From Actinomycetota bacterium (lineage in GTDB: Bacteria; Actinomycetota; UBA4738; HRBIN12): 64,000 nt of DNA. This document shows, piece after piece, positions 21,756 to 31,609 of the stretch. The number at the start of each line of letters is the position of its first letter. The stretch's first letter is position 1. Location of the stretch: positions 659-64,658 of the forward strand of contig JBBEAY010000064.1 of assembly GCA_040882605.1 (NCBI GenBank), read 5' to 3'. Both the position numbers and the translations under genes were made by a program. The notes beneath the pieces are model-generated. The model saw only the letters and a program-made list of their open reading frames with translations, searched no databases and was not told the DNA's origin.

Positions 21756-23077
21756 AGGCGCTCCTGCAGGTACGCGACGAGCCCGTCGATCGCGACGCGG
21801 TCCTGCTGCATCGTGTCGCGCTCGCGCACCGTCACCTGGCGGTCGTCGAGCGAGTCGAAGTCGACGGTCACGCAGAATGGGGTGCCGACCTCGTCTTGGC
21901 GTCGGTAGCGCCGTCCGATCGCGCCGGCGTCGTCGTACTGGGTGATCCAATCGGGCTTGATCAGGTCGTGCACGCGTCGCGCCTCGGGCACGAGCTTCTC
22001 GTTGCGCGACAGTGGCAGCACCGCGACCTTGATCGGCGCGAGCGACCGGTGCAGCCCGAGCACCGTGCGCTTGTCGGTGTCGCCCTTGGCGGTCGGCGCC
22101 TCTTCCACCCGGTAGGCATCGAGTAGGAATGTCAGCATCGCGCGGTCGACCCCGACGGCAGGCTCGATCACGTAGGGCAGGAACCGCTTCTCGTTCGCCT
22201 GGTCGAAGTAGGTGAGATCCTCGCCGCTCGCCGTCTGATGCGCGTCGAGGTCGAAGTCAGTGCGGTTCGCGACGCCCTCGAGCTCCTGCCAGCCGAACGG
22301 GAACTCATACTCCACGTCGGTCGCGGCCTTCGCGTAGTGCGCGAGCTCATCGTGGTCGTGCGGACGCAGACGCAGCTTCTCCTTCGACACGCCGAGGTCG
22401 AGGTACCACTGCAGGCGCCGCTCGACCCAGTAGGCGAGCCACTCGTCGTCGGATCCGGGCTCGACGAAGAATTCCATCTCCATCAGCTCGAACTCCCGGG
22501 TACGGAAGATGAAGTTCCCCGGCGTGATCTCGTTGCGGAACGATTTGCCGATCTGCGCGATGCCGAAAGGCAACTTCTTGCGCGAGACGGTCTGGATCGC
22601 CGGGAAGTTCACGAACATGCCCTGTGCGGTCTCGGGGCGCAGGTACGCGACGGCATCGTCGTTCTCGATCGGCCCGAGGAAGGTCTTCAGCATCAGGTTG
22701 AACTGCTTCGGCTCGGTGAACTCCGCGCCCCCGCAGTTCGGACAGAGCACGACCCCATCGGCGTTGGCCTCGAGATGGTCCTCACGCCAACGCTGGTGGC
22801 AGTTCGTGCATTCGACGAGTGGGTCATGGAACGTCTCGAGGTGGCCACTCGCCTGCCACACGCGGGGACTGGTGATCACGGCGGCTTCGACGCCGACCAC
22901 ATCGTCGCGCAGTTGGACGTTCGCGCGCCACCATTCGTTGCGGATGTTCCGCCGCAGCTCGACCCCGAGCGGCCCGTAGTCCCACGACGAGCGCAGCCCG
23001 CCGTAGATCTCCGCCGACTGGAAAGCGATGCCTCGGCGCTTCGCGAGGCTGGTGACGGCCTCCATGAGGTCGGTCAT
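21752..23077 (-). CDS. glyQS: Glycine--tRNA ligase (dimeric GlyQS type)
   Basis: [49 protein letters not shown]. Confidence 0.97.
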   Translation of the reverse strand: MTDLMEAVTSLAKRRGIAFQSAEIYGGLRSSWDYGPLGVELRRNIRNEWWRANVQLRDDVVGVEAAVITSPRVWQASGHLETFHDPLVECTNCHQRWREDHLEANADGVVLCPNCGGAEFTEPKQFNLMLKTFLGPIENDDAVAYLRPETAQGMFVNFPAIQTVSRKKLPFGIAQIGKSFRNEITPGNFIFRTREFELMEMEFFVEPGSDDEWLAYWVERRLQWYLDLGVSKEKLRLRPHDHDELAHYAKAATDVEYEFPFGWQELEGVANRTDFDLDAHQTASGEDLTYFDQANEKRFLPYVIEPAVGVDRAMLTFLLDAYRVEEAPTAKGDTDKRTVLGLHRSLAPIKVAVLPLSRNEKLVPEARRVHDLIKPDWITQYDDAGAIGRRYRRQDEVGTPFCVTVDFDSLDDRQVTVRERDTMQQDRVAIDGLVAYLQERL

Positions 23078-23093
23078 CGGTGTGGGTCTCCTC

Positions 23094-24641
23094 TCATCCC
23101 GGTCGCTGGACGCGGCCGCTGGCGTGTGGACCATCGTACCGGCGGCGGGCAGACGAGCCATGGCGCTTTCGTTTCCTCGCTATCAGGAGCGCGAGACCGG
23201 CCGTCGACACCAGCAGACCGACCCCGACCCACGTCGAGCGTGGCGTCTCGGGGCCTGGTGGGGGTGGGTCGCAGAGTATCGCGAGCTCGCGTGACAGGTC
23301 TCGCTGCAACTGAGCCGAGCTCGGCATGCCCGCGAGGTTCGACTGTTGGTAGGGGTCGGTCGCCAGGTCGTAGAGCTCGCGTTCGCCCGTGACGTACTCC
23401 ACGAGCACGTGGCGCTCGGTCCGGATCGCACAATAGGTCGGAATAGGGTTCGTTCTTTCGAGATGCTCGACCAGGAATCGCGTTCGCCATGCCACGGAGT
23501 CGTCCGTTCGAAGCAGGGGCAGCAAGCTCTGTCCATCGGTCTCGACGTCGACGCCGGCGAGCTGCGCGATCGTGGGGGCGATGTCGATGTTGAGCACGAG
23601 ATGCCCGTCGACCGAAGGACCTCGAGCCAACGAGTCGCCACGGATGATCAGCGGCACACGGATGCTCTCCTCGTACGGAACCTCCTTCCTGTCCCATCGA
23701 TGCTCGCCCATCAGCACCCCGTTGTCCGACGTGTAGATCACCACCGTGTTGTCGAGTTGGCCGGTATCGGCGAGCGCTGTCAGCAGGTCGCCGACCTCGC
23801 GGTCGACCGATAGCAGCGACTGGAGCTGGAGCCTTCGGCGGAAATCGAGCGCAGCGACGTCTTGGTCCGTGAGCGGCGGGAATGCCCGCACGTACGCGGG
23901 TTTGTCCTCGATCGCAGCCTCGTTGAAGCTGGGCGGCCGCCATGGGGGGAGATCCAGGAACAGCCCCTGGTACTGCGGCTCGACTACCGCGGGAGCATGA
24001 GGCGCCGGCGGGGCGAACTCGACGAAGAACGGCGGCTCCGCCTGCCTGATGTAGGCCTCGGCTGCGTCTCCAAGCACGGTGGTGGCGTAGTCGGCCGGAT
24101 CGGACCCATATCTCAGGACCTCTCCGTTGTGCGTCAGTGTGTAGTCGATGTACTGGGAATGCGAGAACGCCAACCACTCCTGCCAGCCGGGCGGCACGTA
24201 CCCGGTGAGCGCGCCGTTCTGATACGCGTCGATGTACTTGCCGAACAGAGCCGTCGCGTAGCCGCGATCGGTGAGCCAGGTCGCGACCGTCGACGAGTCA
24301 TCGAACGCATCGAATCCTCCGTGAGGAGGTCCCTGCTGATACACGCCCGTCGTGTGCGAATAGTTGCCGGTCAGGATGCTCGCTCGGCTCGGGCAACACA
24401 GAGGATTCACGACGAACGCCTCTTCGAACAGCGTGCCTCGGCCGGCGAGTTCGCTGCTGACATTCGGCATGACATCGATCGTGTCCCAGCGCTGATCGTC
24501 CGTGACGATCAAGACGATGTTCGGCAGGAGCTGCTCTTCGGCAACTTGCACGACGGCGCCGGCCGGCGCCGATGTGAGCTGCGATAGAGGGGCAGCGACC
24601 ACGACCGCGACAGCGAGTCGAACGGCCGAGCGCCAGATCAA
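23094..24641 (-). CDS. Sulfatase (N-acetylglucosamine-6-sulfatase-like), exported and C-terminally anchored
   Basis: [22 protein letters not shown] formylglycine motif, TSDNG, C-terminal TM helix. Confidence 0.92.
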   Translation of the reverse strand: MIWRSAVRLAVAVVVAAPLSQLTSAPAGAVVQVAEEQLLPNIVLIVTDDQRWDTIDVMPNVSSELAGRGTLFEEAFVVNPLCCPSRASILTGNYSHTTGVYQQGPPHGGFDAFDDSSTVATWLTDRGYATALFGKYIDAYQNGALTGYVPPGWQEWLAFSHSQYIDYTLTHNGEVLRYGSDPADYATTVLGDAAEAYIRQAEPPFFVEFAPPAPHAPAVVEPQYQGLFLDLPPWRPPSFNEAAIEDKPAYVRAFPPLTDQDVAALDFRRRLQLQSLLSVDREVGDLLTALADTGQLDNTVVIYTSDNGVLMGEHRWDRKEVPYEESIRVPLIIRGDSLARGPSVDGHLVLNIDIAPTIAQLAGVDVETDGQSLLPLLRTDDSVAWRTRFLVEHLERTNPIPTYCAIRTERHVLVEYVTGERELYDLATDPYQQSNLAGMPSSAQLQRDLSRELAILCDPPPPGPETPRSTWVGVGLLVSTAGLALLIARKRKRHGSSARRRYDGPHASGRVQRPG

Positions 24642-25384
24642 GCTGAGGAGTCTTCCCCAACCGCGCCGAAACGACGGGTGCGCTTCTGGAAGTCGCGGAT
24701 CGCCTCGAACAGCGTCTCGCGGGTGAAGTCGGGCCAGAACAGCGGCGTGAACCAGAGCTCGGAGTAGGCGACTTCCCAGAGCAGGAAGTTCGAGATGCGT
24801 TCCTCGCCGCTCGTGCGGATCAGCAGGTCGGGCTCGGGCATGTCAGGGTGATACAGGCGTTTGGCGATCTCGCGCTCGTTGACCTTCTCGGGTTTGAGCG
24901 TGCCCTCGCGCACGTCGCGAGCAAGATTTTTGACCGCGTCGACGATCTCGGCGCGCCCCCCGTAGTTGAAGGCGATCGTCAGCGTCATGCCGGTGTTGTC
25001 GCACGTGAGCTCCTCGCTCGTGCGCATCTCCTTCAACACGCTGCGTGGCATGCGCCAGTCACGCCTGCCGCTCCACCGGATCCGCACGTTCATGTCGTTG
25101 AGCTCGTCGCGTCGTCGGCGTAGCAGCTCGCGGTTGAAGTTCATGAGGTAGAGCACCTCTGACTGTGGGCGCTTCCAGTTCTCGGTGCTGAACGCGTAGA
25201 CGGTGAGCCAGCGCACGCCGACGTCGTCGGCACCCTTGACCGTGTCCCAGAGGGCGTCCTCGCCCGCGCTGTGACCCTCGGTGCGTGCCAGGCCCCGCTG
25301 CTGCGCCCATCGCCCGTTGCCGTCCATCACGATCGCGACGTGCTCAGGCACGCGCGTGCGATCGATGTCGGGCAGGAAGCTCAC
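24638..25384 (-). CDS. uppS: Polyprenyl diphosphate synthase
   Basis: HVAIVMDGNGRWA, YAFSTENWKRP, NYGGR, IRTSGEERISNFLLW. Confidence 0.96.
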   Translation of the reverse strand: MSFLPDIDRTRVPEHVAIVMDGNGRWAQQRGLARTEGHSAGEDALWDTVKGADDVGVRWLTVYAFSTENWKRPQSEVLYLMNFNRELLRRRRDELNDMNVRIRWSGRRDWRMPRSVLKEMRTSEELTCDNTGMTLTIAFNYGGRAEIVDAVKNLARDVREGTLKPEKVNEREIAKRLYHPDMPEPDLLIRTSGEERISNFLLWEVAYSELWFTPLFWPDFTRETLFEAIRDFQKRTRRFGAVGEDSSA

Positions 25385-26145
25385 GTCGCGGTCCTTACCA
25401 ACATCGGGACCGACTTCATGCGCCGCTCGAAGTGGTACTCGGCGAACCCGTAGAGCAGGGCGCGGGATTCCTTTCGGACGCGCGCCTCCGGCGCGACTCG
25501 GATGCGCGCCTCCGGCGCGACCACCGTCCCGGCGTCCTGCAGGTCGACGGTCGCCAGCGTGGCGAGATACTCGAGCGCGGTCCGCGAGCACGGCCCGGCG
25601 CCCCGCTCGGCGCACCGCGAGCAGACGGCCCCGCCTAGCCCAGCGTCCCACAGCTGGGGATCGAGATCGCCGCACGCGGCGCACGCGGTGAGCGAGGGGT
25701 GGAACCCGCTGAGCGAAAGCAGCTTCAGCATGAACGACTCGGCGACCGCTGCCGGGTCAGCCGGCGCCGCATCGAGCGCGCGGCAGCCGGCGAGCAGCAG
25801 CAAGGTCAGGCGTACGTTGCGCTCATGCTCCTCGGCAACCCGGTCGACCGCCTCGAGCATCGTCTCGCCGGCGGCGAAGAGCGCGAGATCGCCCCGGATC
25901 GCCATATGCGGGTCGATGATCTCGGCCTGGGTCACGGTGTCGAGCGAGCCGCGGCCCCGGTAGAGCATGAGGTCCACGTGGGTGAAGGGCTCGAGCCTCG
26001 CCCCGAAGCGGCTCTTCGTCTTGCGGATGCCCTTGGCCACCGCCCGGACCTTGCCGGCGCCCTGGGTCATGACGGTCACGATCTTGTCGGCTTCGCCGAG
26101 CTTGTAGGACCGCAGGACGATGCCCTGCTCTTTGTAGGGCGGCAT
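25381..26145 (-). CDS. recO: DNA repair protein RecO
   Basis: KLGEADKIV, AVAKGIRKTKSRFGARLEPF, C4 zinc finger. Confidence 0.95.
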   Translation of the reverse strand: MPPYKEQGIVLRSYKLGEADKIVTVMTQGAGKVRAVAKGIRKTKSRFGARLEPFTHVDLMLYRGRGSLDTVTQAEIIDPHMAIRGDLALFAAGETMLEAVDRVAEEHERNVRLTLLLLAGCRALDAAPADPAAVAESFMLKLLSLSGFHPSLTACAACGDLDPQLWDAGLGGAVCSRCAERGAGPCSRTALEYLATLATVDLQDAGTVVAPEARIRVAPEARVRKESRALLYGFAEYHFERRMKSVPMLVRTAT

Positions 26146-26313
26146 CCGCGAATCGTAGCGTTCGCGCTGTGGCGAGACCCCCAGCGGAAGTGTGTTGTTT
26201 CCGTTGCAGGCCCCGCACGATGGTGGAGCACACTCGCTCTGGACCGCCGCGCGCCGGCGTGTTCCGATTGAGAGCCACATGAACCGTTCGAGGCGCTCGA
26301 TACGACAGAGAGA

Positions 26314-26847
26314 GTGATGACGGTCCGCGCAGACGGCGACGACGCGCTCCTGCGGGCGGTAGCCCAGGGAGACCGGCAAGCGCTCGAGGCGCTCTACCGG
26401 CGGCATGCGCCCTGGCTCGTGCTTCGCTTGTCGCGCCGGTGCGCGGACCCCGGCCTCGTGGAGGAAGTCGTGCAGGACACGTTCGTGGCGGTGTGGCGCG
26501 GCGCTGGCCGCTACCGAGGAACGGGAGAGGTCCCCGCGTGGATCTGGGGCATCGGCATCCGCCGGCTGATCGACCGCCTCAGGCGTCAGCCTGCGACCGT
26601 CATGCGCCCCTCGAGAGACGACGCCATCGTGGTCTCCGCTGAGGACGAGGTGCTCGTCGGAGTCGAGCATGGCGACCTGGGGACCGCGCTAGGTCGCCTC
26701 TCCCCCGAGCTCCGTGCGGTGGTGCAGGCCACGGTGCTCGACGGCCTCACCACGAAGGAAGCCGCGACCCTGCTCGGTATCCCGCAGGGAACCGTGAAGA
26801 CCCGAGCGGCGAGGGCACGGCGTGAGCTGCGGGAGGCGCTGGCATGA
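26314..26847 (+). CDS. ECF RNA polymerase sigma factor
   Basis: EEVVQDTFVAVW; LDGLTTKEAATLLGIPQGTVKTR. Confidence 0.93.
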   Translation: MMTVRADGDDALLRAVAQGDRQALEALYRRHAPWLVLRLSRRCADPGLVEEVVQDTFVAVWRGAGRYRGTGEVPAWIWGIGIRRLIDRLRRQPATVMRPSRDDAIVVSAEDEVLVGVEHGDLGTALGRLSPELRAVVQATVLDGLTTKEAATLLGIPQGTVKTRAARARRELREALA

Positions 26848-27680
26848 CGACGACCTGGCACGCCGACCCCGAAACCATGGCGACCTACGTCGGCGGCGAG
26901 CTCGACGACGTGCGCGCCTCTTCGCTCGAAGCTCATCTGCCCTCATGCGACCTCTGCCGAGACCATCTCGCCGCCTCGGTGCCCGCGGCGCCCCTCGACC
27001 TCATCTGGGTAGAGGTTGTCGCCACGATCGATGCGCCTCGCGCTGGCCTCGTGGAACGCGCGCTCCTCGCGTTGCGCGTACCGGATCACGCCGCTCGGCT
27101 GCTGGCGGCGACCCCGTCACTTCGGGTCTCGTGGCTGTTCGCCCAGGTCGTGGCGCTCGGATTCGCGGTGCTCGCGGCCAACCAGGCCACCGGTCAGAGC
27201 GCCGAGCTCGCGCTCTTCCTGTTCCTGGTTGTGGCCGCCCTGCTGCCGGTCGCGGGCGTCGCCGTGGCGTTCGGGCCCGGCGTCGACCCCGCCTACGAGA
27301 TCGGCGCGGCTTCCCCGATGCGCGCCGACCGCCTGTTGCTGATGCGAGCGGCGACCGTGCTCGCGACCTCGGTCGTGATCAGCTCCGGCGCCGCCCTGTC
27401 GATGCCGGGACTCGATGCGATCGCCGCGGCCTGGCTGTTGCCCTCGCTCGGCTTGACCCTTGCGACGCTGGCCCTCGGCACGTGGCTCCGTTCCTTCGTC
27501 GCTTCGTCGTCGGTCGCACTGGGCTGGATCGCATTGGCCGCCGCCGCTGCGACCGGCACACACGACCGGCTGGCGGCGTTCCGCCCGGCTGCCCAGGTGG
27601 TCTGCCTCGTGGCCATCGCCGCGTCGGTCGCCGTGCTGGCACAGCGCCATACCGTCTACGAAGAAGGGATCGTGTCATGA
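26844..27680 (+). CDS. zf-HC2 (ZAS) anti-sigma factor with multi-pass membrane domain
   Basis: WH...EAHLPSCDLC (HxxxCxxC) followed by about six TM helices; coupled to the sigma gene. Confidence 0.88.
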   Translation: MTTTWHADPETMATYVGGELDDVRASSLEAHLPSCDLCRDHLAASVPAAPLDLIWVEVVATIDAPRAGLVERALLALRVPDHAARLLAATPSLRVSWLFAQVVALGFAVLAANQATGQSAELALFLFLVVAALLPVAGVAVAFGPGVDPAYEIGAASPMRADRLLLMRAATVLATSVVISSGAALSMPGLDAIAAAWLLPSLGLTLATLALGTWLRSFVASSSVALGWIALAAAAATGTHDRLAAFRPAAQVVCLVAIAASVAVLAQRHTVYEEGIVS

Positions 27681-28543
27681 GCACACCCATGATCGAGATC
27701 GGCGCCGTAAGCAAGCGTTTCGGCCGTACCACCGCGTTGCACGGTGTGACGTTCGACGCCGCGGCAGGCATCACCGGATTGCTCGGGCCGAACGGGGCGG
27801 GCAAGACCACGCTGCTGAGGATGATGGCAACGGTGCTCGCTCCCGACGACGGGCGCCTTCGCCTGTTGGGGTGGGACCCTGGGGTCGCCGACGAGCGCTT
27901 GGCGATCCGCCGTCGCCTCGGCTACATGCCGCAGGAGCCCGGCTTCCATCGGGCATTCACTGCATTCGAGTTCGTGGACTACATCGCGATCCTGAAGGAG
28001 ATGACCGACCGGCGCGCCCGTCACGACGAGGTGCGCCGTGTGCTGAGTCTCGTGGGTCTCGAGGGCGTGAGCGAGAAGAAGATCAAGGCGCTCTCGGGCG
28101 GCATGCGTCGAAGGGTCGCCCTCGCCCAGTCGCTGCTCGGGGATCCCGATCTGCTCGTCCTCGACGAGCCCACAGCAGGGCTCGATCCCGAGCAGCGCCT
28201 GCGGTTCCGCGAGATCGTGTCGGAACGTACGAGCGACCAGACAGTGATGCTGTCGACCCACCAGACCGAGGACGTCGCCGCGTTGTGTCAGCGCGTGATC
28301 GTGATCCTCGACGGCCAAGAGCTCTTCGAGGGCACCCCTCGCGAGTTGACCGACGTGGCCGAGGGAAGGGTGTGGCTCGCCGGCGAACGCGCCGCTGCCG
28401 CTCGACTCTCGTGGCGCACCGCCGACGGCGCCCATCGCAACATCGGTGACGCACCGTCCGGCGCCGATCTCGTCACGCCCACACTCGAGGACGGGTACCT
28501 GCTCCTCGTGGGCGACCGGGCCTTCGCAGAAGAGGCAGCCTGA
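27677..28543 (+). CDS. ABC transporter ATP-binding protein
   Basis: GPNGAGKT, LSGGM, LVLDEPT, STH. Confidence 0.95.
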   Translation: MSTPMIEIGAVSKRFGRTTALHGVTFDAAAGITGLLGPNGAGKTTLLRMMATVLAPDDGRLRLLGWDPGVADERLAIRRRLGYMPQEPGFHRAFTAFEFVDYIAILKEMTDRRARHDEVRRVLSLVGLEGVSEKKIKALSGGMRRRVALAQSLLGDPDLLVLDEPTAGLDPEQRLRFREIVSERTSDQTVMLSTHQTEDVAALCQRVIVILDGQELFEGTPRELTDVAEGRVWLAGERAAAARLSWRTADGAHRNIGDAPSGADLVTPTLEDGYLLLVGDRAFAEEAA

Positions 28544-29346
28544 TGGCCGCCTCGCTGCGAACCGCCATCGACGACGCCCGAGCATCCGCGGTGCCTTCGG
28601 TGGGCACCCGTCCCACGGTCGGCGTCGTGTTCGCCTTGGGTCGCATCGAAGCGCGGAGGATGCTGCGGCATCCGGCGTTCCTGCTTTCGATCGCCTTCGG
28701 CCTCTTGCTGTTCCGCGGGGCGATCGGTGTGGGAGGTAGTTCTAGAATAGAATTGAACGTGGCGTGGCTCGCGGGGGGCGTTTCGATCGGCATCCTGATC
28801 GGCGCCCTGCTGACGACGAACGTTGCCACGATGCGCCCACGTCGCGACCACCTTTCCGAGCTCTACGGATCGCTGCCGGCGCCGGCAGAGGCTCGAACCG
28901 CCGGCGTCCTGGCCGGGCTGCTGCTCGGGCTCGGTGGCTTGGCGATCATCGTCGCCGGCGCCTCTTGGCTGGTGCTCGGTGGGGTCGACGAGATCGCCGA
29001 TCACGTCGATCTGTTCCTTGTCTCGCAGTACGTGCTCTCGGTCCTCGCCCTCGGCTCGGTGGGGGTCGCCGTGGGTCGATGGATCCCGAGTGTGCTCGGG
29101 GGGCCACTCGTGGTGATCGCTTACGTCTTCTCGGGCCTGATCTGGATCGTGCCGTGGATCGCCCCCACGAGCACTGGCATCGACGTCGACTGGCACCTCA
29201 CCTACCTCGTCGCCGTGATCGCCGGCTGCGCGGCGCTGGCGTTCGCCCGCGACCGTCGCACCCCGGTTCGGTTCTTGGTGGTGGCGGCGGCGCTCGGTCT
29301 GGCGGTGCTCGCGGGGGTGCAACAGACGCCTCCAGGTGGATACTGA
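28543..29346 (+). CDS. Putative ABC transporter permease
   Basis: Multi-TM protein; IEARRMLRHP N-terminal pattern; TGATG coupling. Confidence 0.75.
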   Translation: MAASLRTAIDDARASAVPSVGTRPTVGVVFALGRIEARRMLRHPAFLLSIAFGLLLFRGAIGVGGSSRIELNVAWLAGGVSIGILIGALLTTNVATMRPRRDHLSELYGSLPAPAEARTAGVLAGLLLGLGGLAIIVAGASWLVLGGVDEIADHVDLFLVSQYVLSVLALGSVGVAVGRWIPSVLGGPLVVIAYVFSGLIWIVPWIAPTSTGIDVDWHLTYLVAVIAGCAALAFARDRRTPVRFLVVAAALGLAVLAGVQQTPPGGY

Positions 29347-30038
29347 TGTCCGGCCATCCTGCGGCGGTCGTCGGGCCGTTGCTTCGGCCGAGCCTGCGCA
29401 CGATCCGCTGGATCCCGCTCGGCGCGATCGTCGCCCTCGGTGGGTGGGTCGTGTGGTCGGGTGCCCGTGAGGAAGGCAACCCCGCAGCGATCGCGCTCCC
29501 CATCGCGACCACGATGCTCGGATTGTGGCTCTGCCTGTTGTTCGAGGACGCGGCGTCGGAGATCGCCGCCCCGAGCCCCGTCCCGTTGTGGCTGCGGCGT
29601 GCGATCCGGATCACGATCGCTGCTCCCCCGGTTGCGGCCGCGTGGTTCGCGTTCACGTGGCTCGGGCCCCTGCACGGTCCGACTCCACCGATGGCTGCGA
29701 TGGTGGCCGCGGTCATCGTGGTCGCGCTCGCCTGCGCGGCAGCCACCACGCGGTTCGTATCATCCACCCGGTCGGGCCCGGTCGCGGCCGTGGCGCTCAT
29801 CGGCTTCGTGCTGGTGCTGCCGATCCTGCTGGCGAGGGTGTTCGAACGTCCGATCTCGATCGACCCGTCACGGGTTGTTCTCGGGGACCCCCTCACCTAC
29901 TGGGCAAGCACGATCGCGGTCGCTGCGGCCGTGCTCGTGCTCGCGCACCGTGATCCGGCCGTGCGCGGCTTCCGGGCATCGATCCGCGCGCCGTCGCGCC
30001 GACCCTTGCCGCCAGTGCCGGCGCGGGAGCCTCACTGA
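29346..30038 (+). CDS. Putative ABC transporter permease
   Basis: Multi-TM protein from MSGHPAAV; TGATG coupling at both ends. Confidence 0.7.
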   Translation: MSGHPAAVVGPLLRPSLRTIRWIPLGAIVALGGWVVWSGAREEGNPAAIALPIATTMLGLWLCLLFEDAASEIAAPSPVPLWLRRAIRITIAAPPVAAAWFAFTWLGPLHGPTPPMAAMVAAVIVVALACAAATTRFVSSTRSGPVAAVALIGFVLVLPILLARVFERPISIDPSRVVLGDPLTYWASTIAVAAAVLVLAHRDPAVRGFRASIRAPSRRPLPPVPAREPH

Positions 30039-31345
30039 TGGAGGTCCGAACGGCCGGCCGCTCGGCGGCGGAAGACGAACCTGTCACGGAGGGTCTGCCT
30101 CCTCGCGACTCCGGGCCGTTCCTCGAGCGCGCGCTCGCCAGGGCGGGTATCCCTGCGCACGTCGCGGGCATCATCACGGCGACACCGTCACTACGGCTTC
30201 CGTGGCTCGCCGCCGCGGCCGCCGTCTCGCTCTTCGCCACATGGGGCGCGTCGACCGATCCGGAGCGGATCCTTCTCTTCCTGCTGGTCGCGCCGGTCGT
30301 GCCGGTAGCCGGCGTCGCCGCAGCGTACGGCCCGTGGGCAGACCCGATGTTCGAAACGGTGCGATCGACGCCGATCTCCGGGTTCCAGGTGTTGCTCGCT
30401 CGGAGCGTCGCGGTGATCGCCACCGCGGTCGGGTTCCTCGGTGTCGCGTCGCTCGCCGTGCCGGGCGTGGCGGCGTCCTCCTGGGCGTGGGTGCTGCCCG
30501 CGCTCGCGCTGACGATCTCGAGCCTTGTGCTCTCCACGTTCACGTCGCTCCCTCGCGCTGCCGCGGTGGTGACCGGCGCGTGGTGCGTCGCGGTCGCGGC
30601 GGCGGGCGCCCTCGGCGATCCGTACACCTTGTTCCGCGGGCCCGGACAGCTGAGTTTCCTCACGTTGGCCCTCGGGGCCTCGCTCATGATCGTCCGTCGT
30701 CGAGAACGGTTCGAGGTCGAAGGCTTGCGAGCACGACGCGAGTTGGTCGACGCGGCTGATGCGGAGCGCCGCCGAATCGAACGGAACATCCACGACGGAG
30801 CCCAACAACAGCTCGTCGCGATCGGGGTGAAGGCGGGGCTCGCTCGAGCGTTCGTCACCAAGGACCCCGACCGCGCGATCGCGATCATCGACGAGGTCCG
30901 CGCCGATGCGCAGGAGGCGCTCGAGGGCATTCGTGACATGACCCGCGGCGACTGTCCGCCGATCCTCGCCGACGAAGGACTGGCGGCGGCGATCGCGCTC
31001 AAGGCGAAACGGTCCAGCGTGCCCGTGACGATCGAAGCCGATGGGGTCGGGCGGCTTGAGAAGCAGATCGAGATCGCGGTCTACTTCTGCTGCCTCGAAG
31101 CGATGCAGAACGCGGCGAAGTACTCGCGCGCCTCGTCGCTCATCGTCACGATCCGGCACAAGGCTGGCGAGCTCGTCTTCTCGATCTGCGACGACGGCGT
31201 CGGCTTTGACCCGTCGACCATGCGGCGCGGCGTCGGTATGCGGAGCATGGCCGAGCGCACAGAGGCGCTGGAAGGCCGGCTCGAGGTGCGTTCGGCCCTT
31301 GCCGGAGGAACCGTCATCACCGGCCGTGTGCCGTTGGCGCTATGA
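30038..31345 (+). CDS. Sensor histidine kinase (HisKA_3 + HATPase) with anti-sigma-like membrane domain
   Basis: H-box ERRRIERNIHDGAQQ, EAMQNAAKYS, DDGVGFD, GVGMRSMAER; N-terminal half resembles 26844..27680. Confidence 0.9.
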   Translation: MEVRTAGRSAAEDEPVTEGLPPRDSGPFLERALARAGIPAHVAGIITATPSLRLPWLAAAAAVSLFATWGASTDPERILLFLLVAPVVPVAGVAAAYGPWADPMFETVRSTPISGFQVLLARSVAVIATAVGFLGVASLAVPGVAASSWAWVLPALALTISSLVLSTFTSLPRAAAVVTGAWCVAVAAAGALGDPYTLFRGPGQLSFLTLALGASLMIVRRRERFEVEGLRARRELVDAADAERRRIERNIHDGAQQQLVAIGVKAGLARAFVTKDPDRAIAIIDEVRADAQEALEGIRDMTRGDCPPILADEGLAAAIALKAKRSSVPVTIEADGVGRLEKQIEIAVYFCCLEAMQNAAKYSRASSLIVTIRHKAGELVFSICDDGVGFDPSTMRRGVGMRSMAERTEALEGRLEVRSALAGGTVITGRVPLAL

Positions 31346-31454
31346 GGTTGGGAAGAACCCTGACATCGCGATCAAGCAGGGGCGGCCATGGCAACGGCCT
31401 TACCAGGTGCTCGATGAATCCGAACGCGTCCTACCAAGTCAGGGAGTCCGCACC

Positions 31455-31603
31455 GGGCAAGGTCGTCTCGGCTCGGCTTCCGCCCGCGAGGTAAGCTGGA
31501 ACCCTCGGGTCTCAACCCGAGGGTTCGCGCCGAGCGAAAGAGACGGGCCGTCGATGCGCCGCCACCTCGCCCCCACGGATCCGCAGCGCACGTCGAAGGG
31601 GGA
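31455..31603 (+). ncRNA. Candidate structured cis-regulatory RNA / 5' leader, family not recognised
   Basis: Nested helices CGTCTC/GAGACG and GCTCGGC/GCCGAGC, 12-bp hairpin GAACCCTCGGGT-CTCA-ACCCGAGGGTTC, then a stem abutting the RBS of the next gene. Confidence 0.5.
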
Positions 31604-31609
31604 ACCGCC

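Noticed and set aside
31455-31560. c-di-GMP-I or c-di-AMP riboswitch, hammerhead ribozyme, SRP or 6S RNA
   Set aside because: Diagnostic cores (GACGCAAA, CTGATGA, SRP loop, long 6S rod) are not present; left unassigned.
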